Source: Rebecca billardiae RCC1528
Taxonomy: Eukaryota; Protista; Haptophyta
Length of the DNA stretch: 64,000 bases
Assembly: GCA_965240325.2 (NCBI GenBank)
Contig: OZ251222.1
Location: forward strand, 2,294,001 to 2,358,000
Reading direction: 5' to 3'
The position numbers and the translations under genes are program-made. A model generated the notes under the pieces. That model was not told the DNA's origin and searched no databases. It saw only the letters and a list, made by a program, of their open reading frames with translations. Numbering within the stretch: position 1 is the stretch's first letter; each line of letters begins with the position of its first letter. This document shows positions 45,871-58,200 of the stretch, piece after piece.

Positions 45871-46660
45871 GGGACCCACAAATTTAGTTGCCGGCTGCAG
45901 CAGGCACGACTTTGTCTCAGCCCGCACGCCCGCTACGCGCCGACCCGGGCAGAGCCCATCCGCCCGCGCATGCACCAGGCCCAGCCGCGTCAGTACATAC
46001 CCACCCGGCCGCGGCACCCGCGCTCTGTGCGCCACGGTGTCGATGCGCCCGGCAGTCGGTGCGCATGCACGAGCCAGCCGGCGGGCAGCTACGGGCTGGT
46101 TTTCGGCGTGGAGCGCGGTCGTGTGAGCTGCATTAATTCAGCTGACCCCCGGCTTTTGTGCATTCGGGAGTCGTGCTGCTACGGTGGGCGTGCCACGCGC
46201 CAACTCGACGCTGGCAAAATTAGGCGACGAAAGTGCACGCGCAGCCACACGCAGCCCATATTGATGCTCTCGGAGCAGGCTCGGGCATGCACTCGATCGG
46301 CTCTGGCTGACGGCAGCGCCAAGCTGGCGGCGCGGCGCGAGGGTGCATGCGTGGCGTGGGCGGAGCTACGTCGCACACGCACCGCGCGGCGCGCGGCTCA
46401 GCGCACGGAGGCTGCCGACAGCCGGCGGCACGCAGGCAGGTCTGCTCGCCGCCAGTCGAGCTCGCCGGCCGCCGGGTACCAAACGTCAACCCAGGATGCA
46501 CAGCCACGCCTATTTGCGAGGACTCGAGCAATCGGGTCCGGGCGCACCTCATGTGCACGGCAGTGGAGTGGGCCAAGTACGCCCCTGGTATGGTGGCGCG
46601 CCGCTGCTTTGCTGCGCTGATATGGCGAACAATGTCGGGAGGCTTAAACTTGTGAGGGAC
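45871..46660 (+). mobile_element. 790-bp module, shared between adjacent transposase modules
   Basis: ctgctcact-TA-gggacc...gggac-TA-agtgagcag. Confidence 0.92.
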
Positions 46661-46662
46661 TA

Positions 46663-49600
46663 AGTGAGCAGCCTCGGCTGAGGCCGTGAGCTGCCGTAGG
46701 CTGATCTGACCCGACAAAAGTCGGCGCGCGCGCGCGCGCGCGCGGCGCGGCCGCGCGCCGCCGCCCGCGGCAGGCTGGGCTCTGTGTGCCTGGGCCGCGC
46801 CGAGTGCCCCGCACCCGGATCTCGCCCAGCTAGCTCGTCCTCGCCGCGCTCTGAGGCCCCGTAGCAGTCGTAGCTGCTCGCCGCCGCCGCAGATCGTGAA
46901 GACCAGCTGCTGTCAGCTGCTCGCTCTGAGCCGGGACATGGGGCCGCGTGGAGGAGGCGCCGTGCGGCGGCGCGCGCGTGCGCGTCGAGCGGCCCCGGGG
47001 CGCACTGCTCACGTGTCGGCGTGCCCGCCCGGCGCGCGCATCATCGCTCAGTCGCGCCGCTCTGCTGAGCTAGCCGCCGCTGGTCGCAGCCGTCGGCTGA
47101 GGCCGTGAGCTGCCGTCAGCTGATCTGACCCGACAAAAGTCGGCGCGAGCGCGCGCGCGCGCGCGCGGCGGCGCCGCCCCGCTGGCACGTGGGCTCGGTG
47201 TGCCTGGGCCACGCAGAGCACCCCGCACCCGGATCTCGCCCAGCTAGCTCGTCCTCGCCGCGCTCTGAGGCCCCCGTAGCAGTCGTAGCTGCTCGCCGCC
47301 GCCGCAGATCGTGAAGACCAGCTGCTGTCAGCTGCTCGCTCTGAGCCGGGACATGGGGCCGCGAGGAGGAGGCGCCGTGCGGCCGGGCGCGCGCGTGCGC
47401 GTCGAGCGGCCCCGGGGCGCACTGCTCACGCGTCGGCGTGCCCGCCCGGCGCGCGCATCATCGCTCAGTCGCGCCGCTCTGCTGAGCTAGCCGCCGCTGG
47501 TCGCAGCCGTCGGCTGAGGCCGTGAGCTGCCGTAAGCTGATCTGACCCGACAAAAGTCGGCGCGCGAGCGCGCGCGCGCGGCGCGCCGCGCCACCTCGCT
47601 GGCACGTGGGCTCGGTGCGCCTGGGCCGCGCCGAGCACCCCGCACCCGGATCTCGCCCAGCTAGCTCGTCCTCGCCGCGCTCTGAGGCCCCCGTAGCAGT
47701 CGTAGCTGCTCGCCGCCGCCGCAGATCGTGAAGACCAGCTGCTGTCAGCTGCTCGCTCTGAGCCGGGACATGGGGCCGCGTGGAGGAGACGCCGTGCGGC
47801 CGGGCGCGCGCGTGCGCGTCGAGCGGCACCCGGGCGCACTGCTCACGTGTCGGCGCGCCCGCCCGGCGCGCGCATCATCGCTCAGTCGCGCCGCTCTGCT
47901 GAGCTAGCCGCCGCTGGTCGCAGCCGTCGGCTGAGGCCGTGAGCTGCCGTAAGCTGATCTGACCCGACAAAAGTCGGCGCGCGAGCGCGCGCGCGCGGCG
48001 CGCCGCGCCACCTCGCTGGCACGTGGGCTCGGTGCGCCTGGGCCGCGCCGAGCGTCCCGCACCCCGATCGCGCCCAGCCCGCGCGTCCTCGCCGCGCTCT
48101 GAGGTCCCCGTAGCAGTCGTAGCTGCTCGCCGCCGCCGCAGATCGTGAAGACCAGTTGCTGTCAGCTGCTCGCTCTGAGCCGGGACATGGGGCCGCGAGG
48201 AGGAGGCGCCGTGCGGCCGGGCGCGCGCGTGCGCGTCGAGCGGCCCCGGGGCGCACTGCTCACGCGTCGGCGTGCCCGCCCGGCGCGCGCATCATCGCTC
48301 AGTCGCGCCGCTCTGCTGAGCTAGCCGCCGCTGGTCGCAGCCGTCGGCTGAGGCCGTGAGCTGCCGTCAGCTGATCTGACCCGACAAAAGTCGGCGCGAG
48401 CGCGCGCGCGCGCGCGGCGCCGCGCCGCCCCGCTGGCACGTGGGCTCGGTGTGCCTGGGCCACGCAGAGCACCCCGCACCCGGATCTCGCCCAGCTAGCT
48501 CGTCCTCGCCGCGCTCTGAGGCCCCCGTAGCAGTCGTAGCTGCTCGCCGCCGCCGCAGATCGTGAAGACCAGCTGCTGTCAGCTGCTCGCTCTGAGCCGG
48601 GACATGGGGCCGCGAGGAGGAGGCGCCGTGCGGCCGGGCGCGCGCGTGCGCGTCGAGCGGCCCCGGGGCGCACTGCTCACGCGTCGGCGTGCCCGCCCGG
48701 CGCGCGCATCATCGCTCAGTCGCGCCGCTCTGCTGAGCTAGCCGCCGCTGGTCGCAGCCGTCGGCTGAGGCCGTGAGCTGCCGTCAGCTGATCTGACCCG
48801 ACAAAAGTCGGCGCGAGCGCGCGCGCGCGCGCGGCGCCGCGCCGCCCCGCTGGCACGTGGGCTCGGTGTGCCTGGGCCACGCAGAGCACCCCGCACCCGG
48901 ATCTCGCCCAGCTAGCTCGTCCTCGCCGCGCTCTGAGGCCCCCGTAGCAGTCGTAGCTGCTCGCCGCCGCCGCAGATCGTGAAGACCAGCTGCTGTCAGC
49001 TGCTCGCTCTGAGCCGGGACATGGGGCCGCGAGGAGGAGGCGCCGTGCGGCCGGGCGCGCGCGTGCGCGTCGAGCGGCCCCGGGGCGCACTGCTCACGCG
49101 TCGGCGTGCCCGCCCGGCGCGCGCATCATCGCTCAGTCGCGCCGCTCTGCTGAGCTAGCCGCCGCTGGTCGCAGCCGTCGGCTGAGGCCGTGAGCTGCCG
49201 TAAGCTGATCTGACCCGACAAAAGTCGGCGCGCGAGCGCGCGCGCGCGGCGCGCCGCGCCACCTCGCTGGCACGTGGGCTCGGTGCGCCTGGGCCGCGCC
49301 GAGCACCCCGCACCCGGATCTCGCCCAGCTAGCTCGTCCTCGCCGCGCTCTGAGGCCCCCGTAGCAGTCGTAGCTGCTCGCCGCCGCCGCAGATCGTGAA
49401 GACCAGCTGCTGTCAGCTGCTCGCTCTGAGCCGGGACATGGGGCCGCGTGGAGGAGACGCCGTGCGGCCGGGCGCGCGCGTGCGCGTCGAGCGGCACCCG
49501 GGCGCACTGCTCACGTGTCGGCGCGCCCGCCCGGCGCGCGCATCATCGCTCAGTCGCGCCGCTCTGCTGAGCTAGCCGCCGCTGGTCGCAGCCGTCGGCT

Positions 49601-52516
49601 GAGGCCGTGAGCTGCCGTAAGCTGATCTGACCCGACAAAAGTCGGCGCGCGAGCGCGCGCGCGCGGCGCGCCGCGCCACCTCGCTGGCACGTGGGCTCGG
49701 TGCGCCTGGGCCGCGCCGAGCGTCCCGCACCCCGATCGCGCCCAGCCCGCGCGTCCTCGCCGCGCTCTGAGGTCCCCGTAGCAGTCGTAGCTGCTCGCCG
49801 CCGCCGCAGATCGTGAAGACCAGTTGCTGTCAGCTGCTCGCTCTGAGCCGGGACATGGGGCCGCGAGGAGGAGGCGCCGTGCGGCCGGGCGCGCGCGTGC
49901 GCGTCGAGCGGCCCCGGGGCGCACTGCTCACGCGTCGGCGTGCCCGCCCGGCGCGCGCATCATCGCTCAGTCGCGCCGCTCTGCTGAGCTAGCCGCCGCT
50001 GGTCGCAGCCGTCGGCTGAGGCCGTGAGCTGCCGTCAGCTGATCTGACCCGACAAAAGTCGGCGCGAGCGCGCGCGCGCGCGCGGCGCCGCGCCGCCCCG
50101 CTGGCACGTGGGCTCGGTGTGCCTGGGCCACGCAGAGCACCCCGCACCCGGATCTCGCCCAGCTAGCTCGTCCTCGCCGCGCTCTGAGGCCCCCGTAGCA
50201 GTCGTAGCTGCTCGCCGCCGCCGCAGATCGTGAAGACCAGCTGCTGTCAGCTGCTCGCTCTGAGCCGGGACATGGGGCCGCGAGGAGGAGGCGCCGTGCG
50301 GCCGGGCGCGCGCGTGCGCGTCGAGCGGCCCCGGGGCGCACTGCTCACGCGTCGGCGTGCCCGCCCGGCGCGCGCATCATCGCTCAGTCGCGCCGCTCTG
50401 CTGAGCTAGCCGCCGCTGGTCGCAGCCGTCGGCTGAGGCCGTGAGCTGCCGTCAGCTGATCTGACCCGACAAAAGTCGGCGCGAGCGCGCGCGCGCGCGC
50501 GGCGCCGCGCCGCCCCGCTGGCACGTGGGCTCGGTGTGCCTGGGCCACGCAGAGCACCCCGCACCCGGATCTCGCCCAGCTAGCTCGTCCTCGCCGCGCT
50601 CTGAGGCCCCCGTAGCAGTCGTAGCTGCTCGCCGCCGCCGCAGATCGTGAAGACCAGCTGCTGTCAGCTGCTCGCTCTGAGCCGGGACATGGGGCCGCGA
50701 GGAGGAGGCGCCGTGCGGCCGGGCGCGCGCGTGCGCGTCGAGCGGCCCCGGGGCGCACTGCTCACGCGTCGGCGTGCCCGCCCGGCGCGCGCATCATCGC
50801 TCAGTCGCGCCGCTCTGCTGAGCTAGCCGCCGCTGGTCGCAGCCGTCGGCTGAGGCCGTGAGCTGCCGTAAGCTGATCTGACCCGACAAAAGTCGGCGCG
50901 CGAGCGCGCGCGCGCGGCGCGCCGCGCCACCTCGCTGGCACGTGGGCTCGGTGCGCCTGGGCCGCGCCGAGCACCCCGCACCCGGATCTCGCCCAGCTAG
51001 CTCGTCCTCGCCGCGCTCTGAGGCCCCCGTAGCAGTCGTAGCTGCTCGCCGCCGCCGCAGATCGTGAAGACCAGCTGCTGTCAGCTGCTCGCTCTGAGCC
51101 GGGACATGGGGCCGCGTGGAGGAGACGCCGTGCGGCCGGGCGCGCGCGTGCGCGTCGAGCGGCACCCGGGCGCACTGCTCACGTGTCGGCGCGCCCGCCC
51201 GGCGCGCGCATCATCGCTCAGTCGCGCCGCTCTGCTGAGCTAGCCGCCGCTGGTCGCAGCCGTCGGCTGAGGCCGTGAGCTGCCGTAAGCTGATCTGACC
51301 CGACAAAAGTCGGCGCGCGAGCGCGCGCGCGCGGCGCGCCGCGCCACCTCGCTGGCACGTGGGCTCGGTGCGCCTGGGCCGCGCCGAGCGTCCCGCACCC
51401 CGATCGCGCCCAGCCCGCGCGTCCTCGCCGCGCTCTGAGGTCCCCGTAGCAGTCGTAGCTGCTCGCCGCCGCCGCAGATCGTGAAGACCAGTTGCTGTCA
51501 GCTGCTCGCTCTGAGCCGGGACATGGGGCCGCGAGGAGGAGGCGCCGTGCGGCCGGGCGCGCGCGTGCGCGTCGAGCGGCCCCGGGGCGCACTGCTCACG
51601 CGTCGGCGTGCCCGCCCGGCGCGCGCATCATCGCTCAGTCGCGCCGCTCTGCTGAGCTAGCCGCCGCTGGTCGCAGCCGTCGGCTGAGGCCGTGAGCTGC
51701 CGTCAGCTGATCTGACCCGACAAAAGTCGGCGCGAGCGCGCGCGCGCGCGCGGCGCCGCGCCGCCCCGCTGGCACGTGGGCTCGGTGTGCCTGGGCCACG
51801 CAGAGCACCCCGCACCCGGATCTCGCCCAGCTAGCTCGTCCTCGCCGCGCTCTGAGGCCCCCGTAGCAGTCGTAGCTGCTCGCCGCCGCCGCAGATCGTG
51901 AAGACCAGCTGCTGTCAGCTGCTCGCTCTGAGCCGGGACATGGGGCCGCGAGGAGGAGGCGCCGTGCGGCCGGGCGCGCGCGTGCGCGTCGAGCGGCCCC
52001 GGGGCGCACTGCTCACGCGTCGGCGTGCCCGCCCGGCGCGCGCATCATCGCTCAGTCGCGCCGCTCTGCTGAGCTAGCCGCCGCTGGTCGCAGCCGTCGG
52101 CTGAGGCCGTGAGCTGCCGTAGGCTGATCTGACCCGACAAAAGTCGGCGCGCGAGCGCGCGCTCGCGCGGCGCGGCGCCGCCCCGCTGGCACGTGGGCTC
52201 GGTGTGCCTGGGCCGCGCCGAGTGCCCCGCACCCCGATCTCGCCCAGCTAGCTCGTCCTCGCCGCGCTCTGAGGCCCCCGTAGCAGTCGTAGCTGCTCGC
52301 CGCCGCCGCAGATCGTGAAGACCAGTTGCTGTCAGCTGCTCGCTCTGAGCCGGGACATGGGGCCGCGTGGAGGAGGCGCCGTGCGGCCGGGCGCGCGCGC
52401 GCGCGTCGAGCGGCCCCGGGGCGCACTGCTCACGCGTCGGCGTGCCCGCCCGGCGCGCACATCATCGCTCAGTCGCGCCGCTCTGCTGAGCTAGCCGCCG
52501 CTGGTCGCAGCTGTCG
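46663..52516 (-). repeat. 417-bp tandem satellite, 14 monomers
   Basis: About 5854 bp / 417 = 14.0. Confidence 0.95.
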
Positions 52517-52632
52517 TGAGACGTGACGTTAGACGTAGAGTAAGCTATAGCCTATAGGCTGATATGATATGACTCGAGATCTACTATACTGAGCAGCTAA
52601 TAAACTATACCATCATTGTCCGACACTGCTCT

Positions 52633-53934
52633 TCAGCGCACGCGCTGCTCACCCTTGGTCTCGACGCAGTCCTGCAGCCGACGCCGATAGGATTTGAACA
52701 GCGCCTGGATGAACTTCTTGTCGTTCCGTACCTCCTCGAACTTAGCCTTCACCACCTCCTCGAACTCCTTGAAGGTTGGCCGCTGCTTGCTCGGGTTGTC
52801 GGTGCACCACTTGTGCTTCCATGCGTTGAGAAGCTGCTCCACGCGCGCCCAGACATGCTCAATGAGCGACAAGTCGGCGCTGTTCGGCGGCCAGCTACGG
52901 CCCGGCTGACCCTCGGTCGACTTGGGGCCAAGGTGTCCCTCGGGGCCAAACCGCTCGTCGAGCCATTGGCGCACAGCCAGCGCCGTGTGGGGTGAGGCAC
53001 TGTCCTGCTGGAAGATCATCTGTCTGATGAAGTTGCCGAAGAGCGCCTGGGCCTCCTTGTCCAGGAAAGGCAGCACGTCGTTCAGGTACTCCTTCCAGCA
53101 CACGCCACGGCACTGCTTGCCGCGACCATTCTCATGCGTGCGGCCGTGAGTGCCCGTGGCAAAATAGAGCGGCGTGATGCCGCGAGAGCAGGCGCCGGCG
53201 TAGCCATGGATCACGCAGTCACCTGCCTGGACCTGGTTCAGCTTGCGCTTGGGCTCGTCACGCAGCGTCCACGACATCACCGTGCTCCGGTTCGTGACGT
53301 CGAACTTGAAGTACTTCGAGTCGGTGAAGAACAGCCTGTCAACCATCGCCTTGACTCTCTGCAGCCACCGTGCGAACGCCACCCGCTTCTTCGCCTGCTG
53401 AGCCGTGATCTGCTTCCTCACCTTGAGCGGCTCCCAATCCATCTTCTTCCGCGCCGCGCGGCGTAGCGTCTCGTCGGAGACGTCGAGCGCGGACGCATCG
53501 AGCGATCCAGCACCGACGGCGCGGCACGCAGCCTTCCGCACACTCTGACCAGCCGGCCCGGCGCTGAGCTCGGACGTAAGCGCCGCCTGCGCCTTGGCAC
53601 TGAGGCGTGGGCGTGGACCGCGCTTCGGCTTCCCGTCAGCATCGATGTGCCAGCCCTCCGTGTGCCAGTCCATGAACCACTTCTTCATCGTCTTCTCGGT
53701 GACCTCGGCCGACCGCGCCGCCCTCTGGAAAGCTGAGGCCAACGGAGAGCCTTCATTGAGGCACAGCACGCACGCGCCGATCGCATGGTGAAACCTCTCC
53801 GCAGGGCCCAGGGCCTTCGGGTTGTAATCCAGAGCAATACACTCCCGCGATACCCGCCTGTTCGGAGCGTAGCCGACGCGGTGGGCGCCTTTGCGCCCGC
53901 GCCGATCTTTGGGCGCGGTCGGCGCGCGGCCCAT
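52633..53934 (-). CDS. DD47E transposase, copy 3
   Basis: Translation identical to the other copies. Confidence 0.93.
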   Translation of the reverse strand: MGRAPTAPKDRRGRKGAHRVGYAPNRRVSRECIALDYNPKALGPAERFHHAIGACVLCLNEGSPLASAFQRAARSAEVTEKTMKKWFMDWHTEGWHIDADGKPKRGPRPRLSAKAQAALTSELSAGPAGQSVRKAACRAVGAGSLDASALDVSDETLRRAARKKMDWEPLKVRKQITAQQAKKRVAFARWLQRVKAMVDRLFFTDSKYFKFDVTNRSTVMSWTLRDEPKRKLNQVQAGDCVIHGYAGACSRGITPLYFATGTHGRTHENGRGKQCRGVCWKEYLNDVLPFLDKEAQALFGNFIRQMIFQQDSASPHTALAVRQWLDERFGPEGHLGPKSTEGQPGRSWPPNSADLSLIEHVWARVEQLLNAWKHKWCTDNPSKQRPTFKEFEEVVKAKFEEVRNDKKFIQALFKSYRRRLQDCVETKGEQRVR

Positions 53935-54414
53935 CAGCCGCCGCCGGCTGCTTGGCCACGACCGAAGATGAGTGCACGTTACGTCCCGAGCCGCCCAAAG
54001 TTGATCTTACAGCTGACGAAGCGGTGTGGCCTCTATTCGAACTCGTTCCGTCCGTGGCGAGCGCCCCATCGACGCAGCCGCCGCGTGCGCTGGGGCCGCA
54101 CGCCCTCGCGGATGTGCGCTGGGCACGAGCTCGGCGCCACGGGTTGAGCTCGTCGAGCTATGACAAGCGGCGTGGCGCAAGTCCAACCCAGTGGAGGCCC
54201 CAACTGCCGGCCCCGCCGCCGCGCGGGAGCGTCCGATTAACCTCAGCTGCTCTGCGCAAGATGTGGGCTCCTGTGCCCCACCAACTCGCCGGAGGCGGAC
54301 GACGCGCTGGGATCGCTGCACGGCGGGAATATCCCCGACCCATGTGGACCGACGCCGGCCTCGCTCGCCGTCGCCCTCGCCCTCGTTCCGACTTTTCTAC
54401 TACCTGCTCACTTA

Positions 54415-55204
54415 GGGACCCACAAATTTAGTTGCCGGCTGCAGCAGGCACGACTTTGTCTCAGCCCGCACGCCCGCTACGCGCCGACCCGGGCAGAGCC
54501 CATCCGCCCGCGCATGCACCAGGCCCAGCCGCGTCAGTACATACCCACCCGGCCGCGGCACCCGCGCTCTGTGCGCCACGGTGTCGATGCGCCCGGCAGT
54601 CGGTGCGCATGCACGAGCCAGCCGGCGGGCAGCTACGGGCTGGTTTTCGGCGTGGAGCGCGGTCGTGTGAGCTGCATTAATTCAGCTGACCCCCGGCTTT
54701 TGTGCATTCGGGAGTCGTGCTGCTACGGTGGGCGTGCCACGCGCCAACTCGACGCTGGCAAAATTAGGCGACGAAAGTGCACGCGCAGCCACACGCAGCC
54801 CATATTGATGCTCTCGGAGCAGGCTCGGGCATGCACTCGATCGGCTCTGGCTGACGGCAGCGCCAAGCTGGCGGCGCGGCGCGAGGGTGCATGCGTGGCG
54901 TGGGCGGAGCTACGTCGCACACGCACCGCGCGGCGCGCGGCTCAGCGCACGGAGGCTGCCGACAGCCGGCGGCACGCAGGCAGGTCTGCTCGCCGCCAGT
55001 CGAGCTCGCCGGCCGCCGGGTACCAAACGTCAACCCAGGATGCACAGCCACGCCTATTTGCGAGGACTCGAGCAATCGGGTCCGGGCGCACCTCATGTGC
55101 ACGGCAGTGGAGTGGGCCAAGTACGCCCCTGGTATGGTGGCGCGCCGCTGCTTTGCTGCGCTGATATGGCGAACAATGTCGGGAGGCTTAAACTTGTGAG
55201 GGAC
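54415..55204 (+). mobile_element. 790-bp module
   Basis: Same sequence and TA junctions as 45871-46660. Confidence 0.92.
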
Positions 55205-55206
55205 TA

Positions 55207-58200
55207 AGTGAGCAGCCTCGGCTGAGGCCGTGAGCTGCCGTAGGCTGATCTGACCCGACAAAAGTCGGCGCGCGAGCGCGCGCGCGCGCGGCGCGGCGCC
55301 GCCCCGCTGGCACGTGGGCTCGGTGTGCCTGGGCCGCGCCGAGTGCCCCGCACCCGGATCTCGCCCAGCTAGCTCGTCCTCGCCGCGCTCTGAGGCCCCC
55401 GTAGCAGTCGTAGCTGCTCGCCGCCGCCGCAGATCGTGAAGACCAGCTGCTGTCAGCTGCTCGCTCTGAGCCGGGACATGGGGCCGCGTGGAGGAGGCGC
55501 CGTGCGGCCGGGCGCGCGCGTGCGCGTCGAGCGGCCCCTGGGCGCACTGCTCACGCGTCGGCGCGCCCGCCCGGCGCGCGCATCATCGCTCAGTCGCGCC
55601 GCTCTGCTGAGCTAGCCGCCGCTGGTCGCAGCCGTCGGCTGAGGCCGTGAGCTGCCGTAGGCTGATCTGACCCGACAAAAGTCGGCGCGCGAGCGCGCGC
55701 GCGCGCGGCGCGGCGCCGCCCCGCTGGCACGTGGGCTCGGTGTGCCTGGGCCGCGCCGAGTGCCCCGCACCCCGATCTCGCCCAGCTAGCTCGTCCTCGC
55801 CGCGCTCTGAGGCCCCCGTAGCAGTCGTAGCTGCTCGCCGCCGCCGCAGATCGTGAAGACCAGCTGCTGTCAGCTGCTCGCTCTGAGCCGGGACATGGGG
55901 CCGCGAGGAGGAGGCGCCGTGCGGCCGGGCGCGCGCGTGCGCGTCGAGCGGCCCCGGGGCGCACTGCTCACGTGTCGGCGTGCCCGCCCGGCGCGCGCAT
56001 CATCGCTCAGTCGCGCCGCTCTGCTGAGCTAGCCGCCGCTGGTCGCAGCCGTCGGCTGAGGCCGTGAGCTGCCGTCAGCTGATCTGACCCGACAAAAGTC
56101 GGCGCGAGCGCGCGCGCGCGCGCGGCGCCGCGCCGCCCCGCTGGCACGTGGGCTCGGTGTGCCTGGGCCACGCAGAGCACCCCGCACCCGGATCTCGCCC
56201 AGCTAGCTCGTCCTCGCCGCGCTCTGAGGCCCCCGTAGCAGTCGTAGCTGCTCGCCGCCGCCGCAGATCGTGAAGACCAGCTGCTGTCAGCTGCTCGCTC
56301 TGAGCCGGGACATGGGGCCGCGAGGAGGAGGCGCCGTGCGGCCGGGCGCGCGCGTGCGCGTCGAGCGGCCCCGGGGCGCACTGCTCACGCGTCGGCGTGC
56401 CCGCCCGGCGCGCGCATCATCGCTCAGTCGCGCCGCTCTGCTGAGCTAGCCGCCGCTGGTCGCAGCCGTCGGCTGAGGCCGTGAGCTGCCGTAAGCTGAT
56501 CTGACCCGACAAAAGTCGGCGCGCGAGCGCGCGCGCGCGGCGCGCCGCGCCACCTCGCTGGCACGTGGGCTCGGTGCGCCTGGGCCGCGCCGAGCACCCC
56601 GCACCCGGATCTCGCCCAGCTAGCTCGTCCTCGCCGCGCTCTGAGGCCCCCGTAGCAGTCGTAGCTGCTCGCCGCCGCCGCAGATCGTGAAGACCAGCTG
56701 CTGTCAGCTGCTCGCTCTGAGCCGGGACATGGGGCCGCGTGGAGGAGACGCCGTGCGGCCGGGCGCGCGCGTGCGCGTCGAGCGGCACCCGGGCGCACTG
56801 CTCACGTGTCGGCGCGCCCGCCCGGCGCGCGCATCATCGCTCAGTCGCGCCGCTCTGCTGAGCTAGCCGCCGCTGGTCGCAGCCGTCGGCTGAGGCCGTG
56901 AGCTGCCGTAAGCTGATCTGACCCGACAAAAGTCGGCGCGCGAGCGCGCGCGCGCGGCGCGCCGCGCCACCTCGCTGGCACGTGGGCTCGGTGCGCCTGG
57001 GCCGCGCCGAGCGTCCCGCACCCCGATCGCGCCCAGCCCGCGCGTCCTCGCCGCGCTCTGAGGTCCCCGTAGCAGTCGTAGCTGCTCGCCGCCGCCGCAG
57101 ATCGTGAAGACCAGTTGCTGTCAGCTGCTCGCTCTGAGCCGGGACATGGGGCCGCGAGGAGGAGGCGCCGTGCGGCCGGGCGCGCGCGTGCGCGTCGAGC
57201 GGCCCCGGGGCGCACTGCTCACGCGTCGGCGTGCCCGCCCGGCGCGCGCATCATCGCTCAGTCGCGCCGCTCTGCTGAGCTAGCCGCCGCTGGTCGCAGC
57301 CGTCGGCTGAGGCCGTGAGCTGCCGTCAGCTGATCTGACCCGACAAAAGTCGGCGCGAGCGCGCGCGCGCGCGCGGCGCCGCGCCGCCCCGCTGGCACGT
57401 GGGCTCGGTGTGCCTGGGCCACGCAGAGCACCCCGCACCCGGATCTCGCCCAGCTAGCTCGTCCTCGCCGCGCTCTGAGGCCCCCGTAGCAGTCGTAGCT
57501 GCTCGCCGCCGCCGCAGATCGTGAAGACCAGCTGCTGTCAGCTGCTCGCTCTGAGCCGGGACATGGGGCCGCGAGGAGGAGGCGCCGTGCGGCCGGGCGC
57601 GCGCGTGCGCGTCGAGCGGCCCCGGGGCGCACTGCTCACGCGTCGGCGTGCCCGCCCGGCGCGCGCATCATCGCTCAGTCGCGCCGCTCTGCTGAGCTAG
57701 CCGCCGCTGGTCGCAGCCGTCGGCTGAGGCCGTGAGCTGCCGTCAGCTGATCTGACCCGACAAAAGTCGGCGCGAGCGCGCGCGCGCGCGCGGCGCCGCG
57801 CCGCCCCGCTGGCACGTGGGCTCGGTGTGCCTGGGCCACGCAGAGCACCCCGCACCCGGATCTCGCCCAGCTAGCTCGTCCTCGCCGCGCTCTGAGGCCC
57901 CCGTAGCAGTCGTAGCTGCTCGCCGCCGCCGCAGATCGTGAAGACCAGCTGCTGTCAGCTGCTCGCTCTGAGCCGGGACATGGGGCCGCGAGGAGGAGGC
58001 GCCGTGCGGCCGGGCGCGCGCGTGCGCGTCGAGCGGCCCCGGGGCGCACTGCTCACGCGTCGGCGTGCCCGCCCGGCGCGCGCATCATCGCTCAGTCGCG
58101 CCGCTCTGCTGAGCTAGCCGCCGCTGGTCGCAGCCGTCGGCTGAGGCCGTGAGCTGCCGTCAGCTGATCTGACCCGACAAAAGTCGGCGCGAGCGCGCGC

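Larger units (their letters stand above)
46663..54412 (-). mobile_element. Complete transposase-satellite module, 7750 bp, with 9-bp TIRs agtgagcag/ctgctcact and TA on both sides
   Basis: Both junctions visible; 14 satellite monomers plus transposase. Confidence 0.9.

Noticed and set aside
45868-45873. TTAGGG telomere hexamer at I-U junctions
   Set aside because: A single hexamer created by the junction (ct-TA-ggg); not tandem and absent from U-host and U-U junctions.
45871-55204. LTR retrotransposon interpretation of U-I-U
   Set aside because: U lacks TG...CA ends, there are no gag, RT or integrase ORFs, and the junctions are TA as for ITm DNA transposons.
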